A DNA stretch of 64,000 nucleotides, from NCBI GenBank assembly GCA_965228855.1, contig CBDDIJ010000005.1, positions 1,216,001 to 1,280,000 on the forward strand. The letters run 5' to 3'. Positions 1-9,904 of this stretch are shown here, in pieces. The stretch comes from Candidatus Obscuribacterales bacterium (GTDB lineage: Bacteria > Cyanobacteriota > Vampirovibrionia > Obscuribacterales > Obscuribacteraceae). Under the pieces are notes generated by a model. The model saw nothing but the letters and a program-made list of their open reading frames with translations, had not been told where the DNA came from and did not search any database. Position numbers and translations under genes: made by a program. Within the stretch, counting starts at the first letter, position 1. Every line of letters begins with the position of its first letter.

Positions 1-1
1 G

Positions 2-1885
2 TTCGCACTGAGCGAACGCTTATGCCTTTTTCTCTCGGCGCCCACAACTGCACCAGCCCTGCAAGCGACTTTGCCCTTCTTCTTTCAAATGTACAATGTT
101 TCAAAACCGTACATATGGAGCAATCCGCAAAACGTCATTTCAGTTCATTGGTTGACCTGGGTTTTACTATTCGACGGGATCGTCATTTTTGTTCTAACAG
201 TCCAGAAGCGACTTACCAGCGCAGCACTCGTTCGCCTGTTGTTTCTCACCGCCTTCGCTGCGCTACTGATCTGGGAATACGTTTTTCAAATGACGTCATT
301 TATCAGAGCGCCAGGGCATTCGGTAACAGCATTGTTCTTCTTTGCAATCTGGCTGCTGTGGCTAATGCACACAGTGGGCTGGGGAGTTAGTTCGAAATCC
401 TCGCCATGCTGGCCCTCAGCAGGCAGGCTGGCGATTTACAGCGGAATCGCCACGATTGCTCTTCTCGATATTCACGCTCGCTCTGCCTGCAAGGACTTCA
501 AGCTCATGAACGAGCTCTTCCTGACGATGTTTCGTGGCGTCATTGATGTGGGTTTGCCATACTATTTTCTAGTTTGGACTTCTAAAAAAGTCGAGAACAT
601 TCCTGTCAAAATCTCTACTTTACTTGGGCTCTTTTCGCTTGGTGCACTGGCTTCTTTCCTGTTCAACGCGCTTGAAAAGCTTGCCGCCGCAAGTTGGAAT
701 GTTCCCGGAATGTTGCGCCTGGTCAATCTGCAATATGAACAGCTGAAGAACACAGGTTCTCCGAACATTGACATAATCGTGCCACCTGAATGGTTCTTTA
801 TTCGCGCCCTTCTCTACATCGCGTTGCTCGCGCTCGTTTACCTTATCGCGCGCATCAGAGTGGAGGGCACCGCCCGCGGTTCGCAAACGATATTGTTTGT
901 CCTCGTTGCTTTTGCAAGTGGCATTGCCTCGTTTTCAAAAACGCTTTTAGAGCTGCCGATCCCGGGCGAGGCGAGGGCACTTATTGCTCCGAGTTCGCAG
1001 GAGCTGCTGTTCAACTGCAATTTGTTTCAGTCTTACGCTTCTTATTGGATCCCCGCGCTTATACTGGGCGCAGCACAAATCGGCAAAGAAAGCAGAACTC
1101 TGCTGTTCGCTATTCTGACACCGGTGGCGGTGGCTGCTCATTTTGCAATTTCCTGGCTTTATGGAGAACAAGAAGTCTACCTGCGAGCCTGTGATTCACT
1201 CTACCTTGTGACAGCAGCCGTCGCGGGCATTTTTGTGATTCTAGTCGTCATTGCGCTCGAAAGACTCAAGCCTTCCGAATTTGATGAGACGAAGCCTGAA
1301 TTTGTTTCACAATCAACGCTTCTGACGCCAAAAACCTTTGCGGCTCTGGTTCTCACGGCCGGATTGATCGTTGGAAGCATGGCTATTGTCAAAACTAACA
1401 TAAGTCTCGAAGACCGGCAGCTGGCGGCTCTGGATCATCTTGTTGCCATGCCGCCATCCTGGCAAGACCAGGCGAAAACTGGAGCCCCTTCGGACCAATC
1501 CATTGCAACTTTCATGCGCCCGTCCGAATCCACGGGCGTCTCGCTGATGCAAATCGGCACCGTGCCTAGCGACCCGGCAGGAACACAAGCTCTTTTGAAA
1601 CAACTGCTCCTGAAAGCTGTTCAAAGTGGAATGTATCCAAACTTCGCAGTACTGGGCATCGAGTCATGGGGCAGATATTGCCCCAATGCCCTGTCATGCT
1701 CATTCTCATACGACACTCTCCAAGCACCGGTGTCTCCCCGCTCGGGAATTTCGATTCTCATTCCGCGAGACGGAGGCAAGACGGAGTTTTACACAGTACA
1801 CACGAATCCGTCAGACATAGCGATTGAACAAGCTCAGCTTGCCCTGATGATTAGAAAAGTGCGCGATAAATTGCAGCACCGATAA
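2..1885 (+). CDS. Polytopic membrane protein with C-terminal extracytoplasmic domain, 5'-truncated by window edge
   Basis: Frame is open from base 2 with no stop before the TTG at 71. More than 10 hydrophobic segments, then a soluble tail. Confidence 0.75.
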   Translation, partial: FALSERLCLFLSAPTTAPALQATLPFFFQMYNVSKPYIWSNPQNVISVHWLTWVLLFDGIVIFVLTVQKRLTSAALVRLLFLTAFAALLIWEYVFQMTSFIRAPGHSVTALFFFAIWLLWLMHTVGWGVSSKSSPCWPSAGRLAIYSGIATIALLDIHARSACKDFKLMNELFLTMFRGVIDVGLPYYFLVWTSKKVENIPVKISTLLGLFSLGALASFLFNALEKLAAASWNVPGMLRLVNLQYEQLKNTGSPNIDIIVPPEWFFIRALLYIALLALVYLIARIRVEGTARGSQTILFVLVAFASGIASFSKTLLELPIPGEARALIAPSSQELLFNCNLFQSYASYWIPALILGAAQIGKESRTLLFAILTPVAVAAHFAISWLYGEQEVYLRACDSLYLVTAAVAGIFVILVVIALERLKPSEFDETKPEFVSQSTLLTPKTFAALVLTAGLIVGSMAIVKTNISLEDRQLAALDHLVAMPPSWQDQAKTGAPSDQSIATFMRPSESTGVSLMQIGTVPSDPAGTQALLKQLLLKAVQSGMYPNFAVLGIESWGRYCPNALSCSFSYDTLQAPVSPRSGISILIPRDGGKTEFYTVHTNPSDIAIEQAQLALMIRKVRDKLQHR

Positions 1886-2181
1886 GAGAAGCGACACTTA
1901 CATTGAAGATAGTCGCAGTTATTGCATCGCTTTCCGACCTCTATAACTTGCAAAACAAAAACGAGACTAGAGTGGCGATTTGGGTACAAGACTTATATGA
2001 GGAATCCAGGTATCAATTCTCAGCGGTATCTGTAAAGCCGACTGCTTGTCGACTTTGGAGTCAAAGTTCAAAACGTTATTTGTGCCTCGCGCCGAAAACA
2101 ACGTCAGGTATGCGTTGCGGTTGTGGCACTAGACGCGGTGGCACGACTACAGTATGCTTAATCCCAAGGAATCGTCAGAGA

Positions 2182-2571
2182 GTGGATGATTTGAATTTGA
2201 GCGCAGAAACGCCGGACGTACAGACAAAACCGGTAGACCTGGATGTGCTTTTCGCCACATTTGGAAAACAACTTATTGCAGACTTGCTCGCGGATTACGT
2301 ATTGGAAGCCGACGAGCGCATGGTGCAGCTTTCCGGTGCAATCAGAGACCGGGATATCGAAGCCGTCAATCAGTATGTCCATGATTTAAAAGGCTCCAGT
2401 GCCACCATATACGCTACCGAGCTTACCGAGCTAAGCACCTCTATGGAAGCTTATGCCCGCGGTCAGGAATACACATGGGAAAACATGAGAGAGCGACTCG
2501 ACGCTATCGAGACTGCCTGGAAAGTTACCCGTGAGTTTCTGGCTGTGAATGGCTATTGTGATCCGAAATAG
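2182..2571 (+). CDS. Hpt (histidine phosphotransfer) domain protein
   Basis: HDLKGSSATI Hpt motif. Start moved from 1903 to GTG 2182 (AAGGA upstream); TTG 2191 or 2197 also possible. Confidence 0.8.
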   Translation: MDDLNLSAETPDVQTKPVDLDVLFATFGKQLIADLLADYVLEADERMVQLSGAIRDRDIEAVNQYVHDLKGSSATIYATELTELSTSMEAYARGQEYTWENMRERLDAIETAWKVTREFLAVNGYCDPK

Positions 2572-2596
2572 TTTCACTTTCGAGTAGAAACACTTC

Positions 2597-3202
2597 TCAA
2601 AACAGCTTTGCGGGCGGGCAGATCCAAAGCACATTCCCACCAAGTTCGACTGCGACCGGTAACCTGGTATCAGGGTCTACGAAACCAGAAACTGTTGTAG
2701 TCTCATTGACTATCGGCTCAGGCTCGACGGTCTGCGAGTTCTCATCGCCGGCCGGAACCAACGGAAGCTCCGGCAACTCACTCACACAACTTTTGATAGA
2801 CTCGATAGGAATGACCTCGAACCTCTCCACTCCGTCGCCGACAGCAAGGTCTAAAACACAATTCGTACCGCCGCCTTTCTGACTGACCCTGTATGCTCCC
2901 GTCATCAGCAGGTCTTGCTTGGCACCGGATTTAACCAGATCCGATGATCGCTGCAAAAACTTCATTCGTTTCACAGCAAGGAAATAGGCCATCACGAGGA
3001 AAAGCGGTATTTGCAAAATAAAAGCCGTCATCGCCTTCAATAACAACTGATTTTTTGCCAGGTGGGCCAAGCCCGACGGTGAGCCGTAAAATGCAAAAAA
3101 TGTTAAAGCCGGAAGAACGGAGGTAAGGACAAGACCCGTCGCTAGAAACATGTAGCGCAGATAGAGATCCTTCAAATCTGAATGTACGGTTTCGCCTATC
3201 AT
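2597..3202 (-). CDS. Hypothetical membrane protein (2 N-terminal TM helices)
   Basis: 201-aa ORF with two hydrophobic segments, filling the gap between genes. Confidence 0.6.
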   Translation of the reverse strand: MIGETVHSDLKDLYLRYMFLATGLVLTSVLPALTFFAFYGSPSGLAHLAKNQLLLKAMTAFILQIPLFLVMAYFLAVKRMKFLQRSSDLVKSGAKQDLLMTGAYRVSQKGGGTNCVLDLAVGDGVERFEVIPIESIKSCVSELPELPLVPAGDENSQTVEPEPIVNETTTVSGFVDPDTRLPVAVELGGNVLWICPPAKLF

Positions 3203-3297
3203 CCAAGCAATTCCATTCGGCTAATTCATTCACCCATGATACTACGGCCAAAACCAACCTCCTCAAGAAGTGGTTATCGAACGATTACAACGCAGAT

Positions 3298-6240
3298 TTA
3301 TTGGACTAAGTTGTTCAGCAGACGCGCATGTTTTTCAAGATCGTACGCAGCCGACGCTGATAGTGTTGTCAGCTTGGAATGGGCACCTATCACTTCGACC
3401 TCGAATTCTTGCTGTGTCGCATCAAGCAACTCAAGCCCGGATGAAACCATTCCAGGAAGTCGCAACTCAGAGGAAAGCTCACGATCCATTCGATGAAATC
3501 CCTTTTGACTTATGGTCACACCTGCAGACGAATTGGTTAAAAGAACACCCATATCAAACGAGTTCAAATCATAGAGTTTCGCCACAATCAAATCCGCAAG
3601 AACCCGTCTCTGCTGCCGTTTTAAAACAGCCTTATCCGCCGCTTGGAACACCTCCAGGGACAACCCCATCGCCAACAATTCACGACAATAACGCAGATCA
3701 TTTAACGCCAACTCGCCCGCCAGGACCGCGAGCCGTCTCCATAGCGAAGCATTCTCCTCGTTTAAAACGGGAATTGGGCACTCTTCGATAACAAAGTAAT
3801 TAAGGTTGTTGCCGGCCATTTTTCTGCGGATTACATAATCAAATACAAAGCTATTCAGACACGCGCAAAGAGCCAGCGAGTATTCGAGCGGCGAGAGCAA
3901 ATTGTTATAAGAGCTACCGGCTTGCAGTTTTAAGACCGGTACCGAGTTGCCGCACGCCACCGCTGACAGTGCTGATGCAATCATGGTCCTGGCATTAGTC
4001 GCACTCCCGACCGCCAGAAAACCAATCTTAAGATCCGTTGGTGAGCAGCGCTGCAAGAAATTGTCCTTGCTGACCAAATATTGTGGTCCCAGACCGCACG
4101 GGAAAGCGGCATCGTTTTCGATGCGACAGCCAGCGCCCTGTCCTGCACCACCTGTCTTAATCCAAACCGCCCGCCTGCCTCGTCCGGATATCCAGCGCTT
4201 TTCGTTCGAATTGAACTGTCCAAGCATTCGCCCCTCATACAGCGGCATGAATACGCTTTCCACATCGTTGAGGTGAATGAATCGCTCCCGACTCGATGAA
4301 ACAACGAGTTGCTCCTCATCGGGCACGAACTCCGCTTGCGAGCAGGTTGAAGTACACTGGCGCCACCCACCGGAAAGCCAGTTTCCATAGCAATCTTGCA
4401 AATAACCCAGCTCCTCTAAGTGGTCGCGTTCGCGAAACAAGTGCGAGTCCAACGTCATGTCGAATTCCCGCTTGTACTCCAGTTGGAAGCCACCATTTAT
4501 GGTGCTACCGAGTAAATCCGCAGAGCTGTAAATCTTTTCAATCAGGCTGAACGCAGCGAGATTTTCCACCTCCGGCAACACTGACCACTTCGGGCTTAAC
4601 GCTTCGATTGTCGAGGCATCCTGTCTGCAAATCGCTCCGCCGAATTCAGTTTCGACAAAACTGGTTTTGCCACCTCTAGTGGCGACAAAAAAACAATATT
4701 TGAACGATCGATGAATATCGAATGTACGATCGGAATTTTCAAATCCTACTAATTTCGTCCAAACATTTCGCTCGATCAGCAAACGCCGCAGGTCGCGCGC
4801 TCCACAATCAGAATAGATTCCGGACGGCACAACCAGAGCGACGCAACCTCCGGGGCGGGCGAGGTAGAACGCTTGCTCACAGAAGAGCTTGTACAAATTT
4901 GTATCGCCTGCACCCTGGCAGAGAAACGGATGAACTTCATCGGTGCATTGAACCGGGGCTTTCCGTACCCATTGCGCAAACCGTTTGTGCTCTTCTTGCC
5001 GATCGCGCCAGTCCGCCGCCAGTTCCGGATCGCCGCTCAACAATTGCTCTTGCGCGGTAATCGCCTCCTGTTTTCCCAAGGTCCAGTAATCCGGCAAAAC
5101 AGCGCCGAAAAATTCTCGGGAATTCGGTTTCTCGATCTCCCAGGGTGGATTACCGATCACCAGGTCGAAACCGGAATGAGAGCTGGTCTTTGAGAAAACT
5201 TCCGGGAATTCGAATTCCCAGTGGAAAAATTTTTGACGCTTAGTTACGGCACCATCGCTTCCGTTTCCACTCGCCACACCAGCGCTTTTTCTATCCAGGT
5301 TTTGAAACCAGGACGCGCACCATGAATCAAGTTTATCCTTTGTGACGCCGGAGCCTTTCTCATCATGCACCTGATCGATTCGACAGCCGATCAGACTGTT
5401 TCCGACTCGCAGATTCGGGAAATCCACGGATGGATTAAGCGCGTAATTGGCCACCTCCGTCCAAAGACTGAGCCGTGCCGCCTCAACTGCCAGCGGGTCC
5501 AGGTCGACACCATAGAGTACATTCCGCGCAATTGTTTCCGCTTCGATGTCCGAGTGCCTGTTCAAAAACTTCAGCGCCTGAATGAGAAACACTCCGGCGC
5601 CCATCGCCGGATCCACGATTCGCAACCTCGCAACATCGCAATGCTCAGAACCAAAAAAGTTTCCATTTCGCGTAGCAGTTTTCGCGACAGACCCAAGAGC
5701 CTCTTCGACAACACGTGACACTAGATGCGGTGGCGAATAGAATGAACCGCCTCGTTTTTTCGAACGATCTCGAATGCGCGCTCGAAGTTTTAAACCTGAG
5801 TGAGCAGAGTTTTCAAAAGCCGGCACCATAGTCAGTACCGCTTCATAGAGACGCGCTATTTCCTGAGCGATATTCACAGGAGGAGCATCCGTAGCCGCAC
5901 TAATGCTCGACAGTCCCAACAAAACAGCATCTACCGCTCGCGCAATAGCCGAATCGAGAAGCTGTCCTGTTTTCGCCAGACTCTCCGTATTTAGTGTAGT
6001 TGGGGCGCTCAGAAGATCTGAGAATTCAGATGATAATCTCCCCCAATCATGTTGCGGATGCGTCAGACGAATCGCGCAAACCCGAAGCAAAGTCGTCACG
6101 GATTGGTGCCAGGCGAGTTCCATGTCCTGCCAGCGCCCATCTGGTGCCATCCGCTCGCCCAGTAACTCAATCAGCGCTGCTAGCGCCTGGATCTTAGGCG
6201 CTGCAGTCCTTTTCCTTGTGGTCTCACTATTAAGCTTCAC
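3298..6240 (-). CDS. N6-adenine DNA methyltransferase, Eco57I/type IIG-like (DrmMI/PglX-like family), apparently without nuclease domain
   Basis: GSFYSP (motif X), IVDPAMGAGVFL (motif I), YGVDLDP, GNPPW (motif IV), and C-terminal PLYEGRM and TNARTM motifs of the TRD region. Confidence 0.85.
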   Translation of the reverse strand: MKLNSETTRKRTAAPKIQALAALIELLGERMAPDGRWQDMELAWHQSVTTLLRVCAIRLTHPQHDWGRLSSEFSDLLSAPTTLNTESLAKTGQLLDSAIARAVDAVLLGLSSISAATDAPPVNIAQEIARLYEAVLTMVPAFENSAHSGLKLRARIRDRSKKRGGSFYSPPHLVSRVVEEALGSVAKTATRNGNFFGSEHCDVARLRIVDPAMGAGVFLIQALKFLNRHSDIEAETIARNVLYGVDLDPLAVEAARLSLWTEVANYALNPSVDFPNLRVGNSLIGCRIDQVHDEKGSGVTKDKLDSWCASWFQNLDRKSAGVASGNGSDGAVTKRQKFFHWEFEFPEVFSKTSSHSGFDLVIGNPPWEIEKPNSREFFGAVLPDYWTLGKQEAITAQEQLLSGDPELAADWRDRQEEHKRFAQWVRKAPVQCTDEVHPFLCQGAGDTNLYKLFCEQAFYLARPGGCVALVVPSGIYSDCGARDLRRLLIERNVWTKLVGFENSDRTFDIHRSFKYCFFVATRGGKTSFVETEFGGAICRQDASTIEALSPKWSVLPEVENLAAFSLIEKIYSSADLLGSTINGGFQLEYKREFDMTLDSHLFRERDHLEELGYLQDCYGNWLSGGWRQCTSTCSQAEFVPDEEQLVVSSSRERFIHLNDVESVFMPLYEGRMLGQFNSNEKRWISGRGRRAVWIKTGGAGQGAGCRIENDAAFPCGLGPQYLVSKDNFLQRCSPTDLKIGFLAVGSATNARTMIASALSAVACGNSVPVLKLQAGSSYNNLLSPLEYSLALCACLNSFVFDYVIRRKMAGNNLNYFVIEECPIPVLNEENASLWRRLAVLAGELALNDLRYCRELLAMGLSLEVFQAADKAVLKRQQRRVLADLIVAKLYDLNSFDMGVLLTNSSAGVTISQKGFHRMDRELSSELRLPGMVSSGLELLDATQQEFEVEVIGAHSKLTTLSASAAYDLEKHARLLNNLVQ

Positions 6241-6417
6241 AAAACCCGCTCACAACCATTCGATTTTAAATCTTCTGACCGGAAAGAAACACCCGTCGGG
6301 TCAACCGGCAATTGCGCAGGAATCGGCTACCTGCTAAATTGGCAGAGTGAGCGCATATTTTTGCGCTCGACAACCGATTGTCATACCCGTTCGGAACCGC
6401 AGAGGCGCATATCAAGC

Positions 6418-6795
6418 ATGGCTATCAGAAAAGTTTTGATTGTCGACGACGATCCGGACATCCGCAAAATCGGACGCCTGAGCCTGACCGGGCTCGGTCG
6501 CTGGGACGTCTGCCTCGCATCCTCAGGCAAAGAAGCGCTGCAACTGGCTCCCATCGAACGTCCTGACGTCATCCTGCTGGACATCACCATGGCGGACATG
6601 GACGGTATCGAGACACTCAATAAGCTCAAAGAGCACCCTTCGACAAAAACCACGGCAGTAATCATGACGGCTACGCGCTTCGACCAGAAAGAGATCGACA
6701 TTTGCGTCCAGCAAGGAGCCGTCGGAATTCTCGGCAAGCCCTTCAACCCGATGACCCTGCCCGCCGAAATTACCCAGATGGTCGAAAGTAACTAG
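6418..6795 (+). CDS. Single-domain response regulator (CheY-like)
   Basis: KVLIVDDD, ILLD, MTA, KPF receiver motifs. ATG 6418. Confidence 0.9.
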   Translation: MAIRKVLIVDDDPDIRKIGRLSLTGLGRWDVCLASSGKEALQLAPIERPDVILLDITMADMDGIETLNKLKEHPSTKTTAVIMTATRFDQKEIDICVQQGAVGILGKPFNPMTLPAEITQMVESN

Positions 6796-6805
6796 CTGCC
6801 AGAAA

Positions 6806-9800
6806 CTACTTTTCGCTAGCTTCCAGAGTTCTGGAAGATGGCGTCAATGGCGGTTTTTTACGAAACTTTCGCTGCGCTGCGTCAAGCGCGATGTATACGA
6901 CCGGCGTGATATACAGCGTCAATACCTGCGACACCAGAAGTCCTCCGACTACAACCAGACCAAGAGACCGCCGCGCATCAGCTCCGGCGCCAAAACCAAT
7001 CGCAATCGGCAGCGTGCCCATCAACGCCGCCATCGTGGTCATCATAATCGGGCGAAAACGCACAAGGCATGCCTGATAGATTGCATCAGCAGGTGCCATA
7101 CCTTCATCTCGCTCCTTCTCAAGCGAGTAGTCGATCATCATAATCGCGTTTTTCTTCACGATACCAATCAACAAAATCAGACCGAGAAAACCATAAACAT
7201 CCAGCTCTTTTCCAAATATCAGGAGCATGCCCAGACCGCCAAGACCAGCGGCCGGCAAGCCCGAGAGGATTGTGACCGGATGCACGAAACTCTCGTATAA
7301 CATACCGAGAATGACGTAGATGATTACTGTGGCAAGAAACAGTAAGAATCCCATGTTTGAAAACGACTGCTGGAACGCTTGAGCCTGTCCCTGGAAGCTT
7401 ACCGAAACCTGAGCCGGAACGGTCTTCTTCGCAATCGCGTCAACAACCTCGACTGCCTGGCCGATTGAAAATCCCGGTCTCAAATTAAACGACACAGTCG
7501 CAGACGGAAACTGCCCCAGATGGTTGACCACAAGCGGTCCTACACCAGGAGTAAGTTCGGCGACCTCATTTAACGGAACCATTTTGCCATTGACGGAGCG
7601 CACATATAATTTGGCAAGCTGAACAGGGTCGCGCTGATACCTGGGCGCTAAACCCATCACGACGCGATACTGATTGGATGGCGCATAGATAGTGGAAATT
7701 TGTCGCTGACCATAAGCGTTGGCGAGCGTCTGTTCAACCTGGTCTTGGGTTATGCCGAGAGTAGCGGCAAGATCTCGATTGACCTTAATATCGATCTGCG
7801 GCGTTCCGGTAAGGACATCGGTCGTCACATCCTGCAAGTCCGGCACGTCCTTCAACTTATCGACAAGCGCATCTGTAGCCGCATACAGAGCTTTGGTGTC
7901 CGGTGACATCAGCGTCACTTGATAGGTGCTCTTCGAAGACTGACCGCCAATTCTAATACTGGGTGGAATTTGTAAAAACGACTTTATTCCAGGAATTTTA
8001 GCCAGTTGAGGCCGAAGCTCTTTGGCAATCTCGTCAGCTTTCTTTGTTCTCTCGTGAAAGGGCTTTAGAGAAACAATCATGCGACCCGCGTTAGCGGCAG
8101 AACCTCCGACACTGGACATCACGCCCTCGACATCGGGATGAGCAGCCACTATCGCAGCAACCGCCTTTTGATGTGTGCTCATAGAATCAAAAGAAATGTC
8201 CTGAGCCGCTTCGGTAGAGCCCTGGATCATTCCGACATCTTCAGTCGGCATGAAGCCTTTGGGTACGAGCGTGAAAAGGTAAGCAGTCGCTCCTATAGCG
8301 ATCACCAGAGTCGACAACGTCATAATCGGATGCCGCAGCGAAACCTTCAATGACTCCTCGTATCGGCGCGCCAACCAGTCCCAGAGTCGCTCCATTCCGG
8401 CTAAGAACCCATGCTGTGCATCGTGAGCTCCCGGCTTCAACCAGCGACTCGAAAGCATCGCAGTCAGAGACAAAGAGACAAACCCGGATACGAGAATTGC
8501 CACAGACATAGTGACGGCAAACTCGTTGAATAACCTTCCGACAATACCTTGCATGAGTAGAACCGGCAAGAATACCGCCACCAGGGACAGTGTCATACTG
8601 ATAACGGTAAAACCGATTTCGCGAGTCGCATTTATAGCGGCTTGAAAGGGAGGCTCACCCATCTCGATGTGCCGAACGATGTTCTCCAGAACGACTACAG
8701 CGTCGTCAACTACGAATCCAACCGACAGAGTCAACGCCATCAAGGTAAGGTTGTTTAAACTGAAACCAAGCAAGTACATCGCTGCAAATGTGCCGACAAG
8801 CGATGTCGGAAGTGCAAGACTGGGAATGATCGTCGCCGGCAAATTTCTCAAGAAGATGAAAATGACCGCTACTACGAGCCCAATTGTCAGTGCCAGTGTA
8901 AATTCAACATCCTCGATCGACGCCCGAATCGAGGTCGTTCTATCGTAAAGGACGTCCATACTTACAGAGCCTGGAATTTGATTCCGCAGTTCCGGCAAAA
9001 CGTCTTTTATCTTATCGACGATCTGAACCGTGTTTGTACCAGGCTGCCGCATGATAGCTAAAACAATGGCACGCTTACCGCTGTACCAACTCGCGACTTT
9101 GTCGTTCTCCACACTGTCCGTAATGCTGCCTAATTCGGAAAGGCGAACGGGCGAGCCATTGCGATATGCCACTACCAGCGATGCAAACTGCTTCGCATCC
9201 GTGAGCTGTCCATTAGTTTTAAGCATGAATGCCGAGTGAGGCCCGTACAACGTTCCGGCAGGAACGTTCACATTTCCAGTTTCAATCGCCTGTCTTATTT
9301 CATCGAAGCTGACGTTCCTCGAAGTAAGCGCATCAGGATCGAGCTCAACGCGCACGGCATATTTTTGAGAACCGAAAACATTTACCTGCGCCACACCGCC
9401 AATCATAGAAAGACGCTGCCCTACAGTGGTTTCCGCATACTCACTGACCTGATAAAGCGGCAAAGAGTCAGAACTTAGAGAGAGAAACAAAATCGGCGAA
9501 TCTGCCGGATTCACTTTCTTGTAGGACGGTGGAGTCGGCATCGGAGGCAATATACGCGAAGCCGTGGCAATTGCGGTTTGAACATCTTGCGCAGCTGCGT
9601 CGATATCACGCGTCAGATCGAACTGCAAAGTAATCGACGTACTGCCAAGCGTGCTGCTCGAATTCATCGATGAAATGCCGGATATTGAGGAGAACTGGCG
9701 CTCAAGTGGTGCAGCGACAGCGTTCGCCATTGTTTCCGGATTTCCGCCAGGCAGTGAGGCCGTAACTGAGATGGTAGGGAAATCGATACTGGGAAGATCG

Positions 9801-9904
9801 TTTACAGGCAACTGCGTGAAGCCGATCATACCGAAGAAAACTATGCCCAGCATGGACAGCGTAGTCATAACCGGTCGCCGAATAAAGAGGTCCGAAAAGC
9901 TCAT
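6806..9904 (-). CDS. RND efflux permease, MdtB/MdtC-like (HAE1)
   Basis: FIRRPV start, GFVVDDAVVVLENI, GIVKKNAIMMID, RFRPIMMTT. 1032 aa. Confidence 0.95.
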   Translation of the reverse strand: MSFSDLFIRRPVMTTLSMLGIVFFGMIGFTQLPVNDLPSIDFPTISVTASLPGGNPETMANAVAAPLERQFSSISGISSMNSSSTLGSTSITLQFDLTRDIDAAAQDVQTAIATASRILPPMPTPPSYKKVNPADSPILFLSLSSDSLPLYQVSEYAETTVGQRLSMIGGVAQVNVFGSQKYAVRVELDPDALTSRNVSFDEIRQAIETGNVNVPAGTLYGPHSAFMLKTNGQLTDAKQFASLVVAYRNGSPVRLSELGSITDSVENDKVASWYSGKRAIVLAIMRQPGTNTVQIVDKIKDVLPELRNQIPGSVSMDVLYDRTTSIRASIEDVEFTLALTIGLVVAVIFIFLRNLPATIIPSLALPTSLVGTFAAMYLLGFSLNNLTLMALTLSVGFVVDDAVVVLENIVRHIEMGEPPFQAAINATREIGFTVISMTLSLVAVFLPVLLMQGIVGRLFNEFAVTMSVAILVSGFVSLSLTAMLSSRWLKPGAHDAQHGFLAGMERLWDWLARRYEESLKVSLRHPIMTLSTLVIAIGATAYLFTLVPKGFMPTEDVGMIQGSTEAAQDISFDSMSTHQKAVAAIVAAHPDVEGVMSSVGGSAANAGRMIVSLKPFHERTKKADEIAKELRPQLAKIPGIKSFLQIPPSIRIGGQSSKSTYQVTLMSPDTKALYAATDALVDKLKDVPDLQDVTTDVLTGTPQIDIKVNRDLAATLGITQDQVEQTLANAYGQRQISTIYAPSNQYRVVMGLAPRYQRDPVQLAKLYVRSVNGKMVPLNEVAELTPGVGPLVVNHLGQFPSATVSFNLRPGFSIGQAVEVVDAIAKKTVPAQVSVSFQGQAQAFQQSFSNMGFLLFLATVIIYVILGMLYESFVHPVTILSGLPAAGLGGLGMLLIFGKELDVYGFLGLILLIGIVKKNAIMMIDYSLEKERDEGMAPADAIYQACLVRFRPIMMTTMAALMGTLPIAIGFGAGADARRSLGLVVVGGLLVSQVLTLYITPVVYIALDAAQRKFRKKPPLTPSSRTLEASEK

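Noticed and set aside
1903..2181. N-terminal extension of the Hpt ORF
   Set aside because: Non-protein-like sequence from a TTG start; better explained as intergenic DNA.
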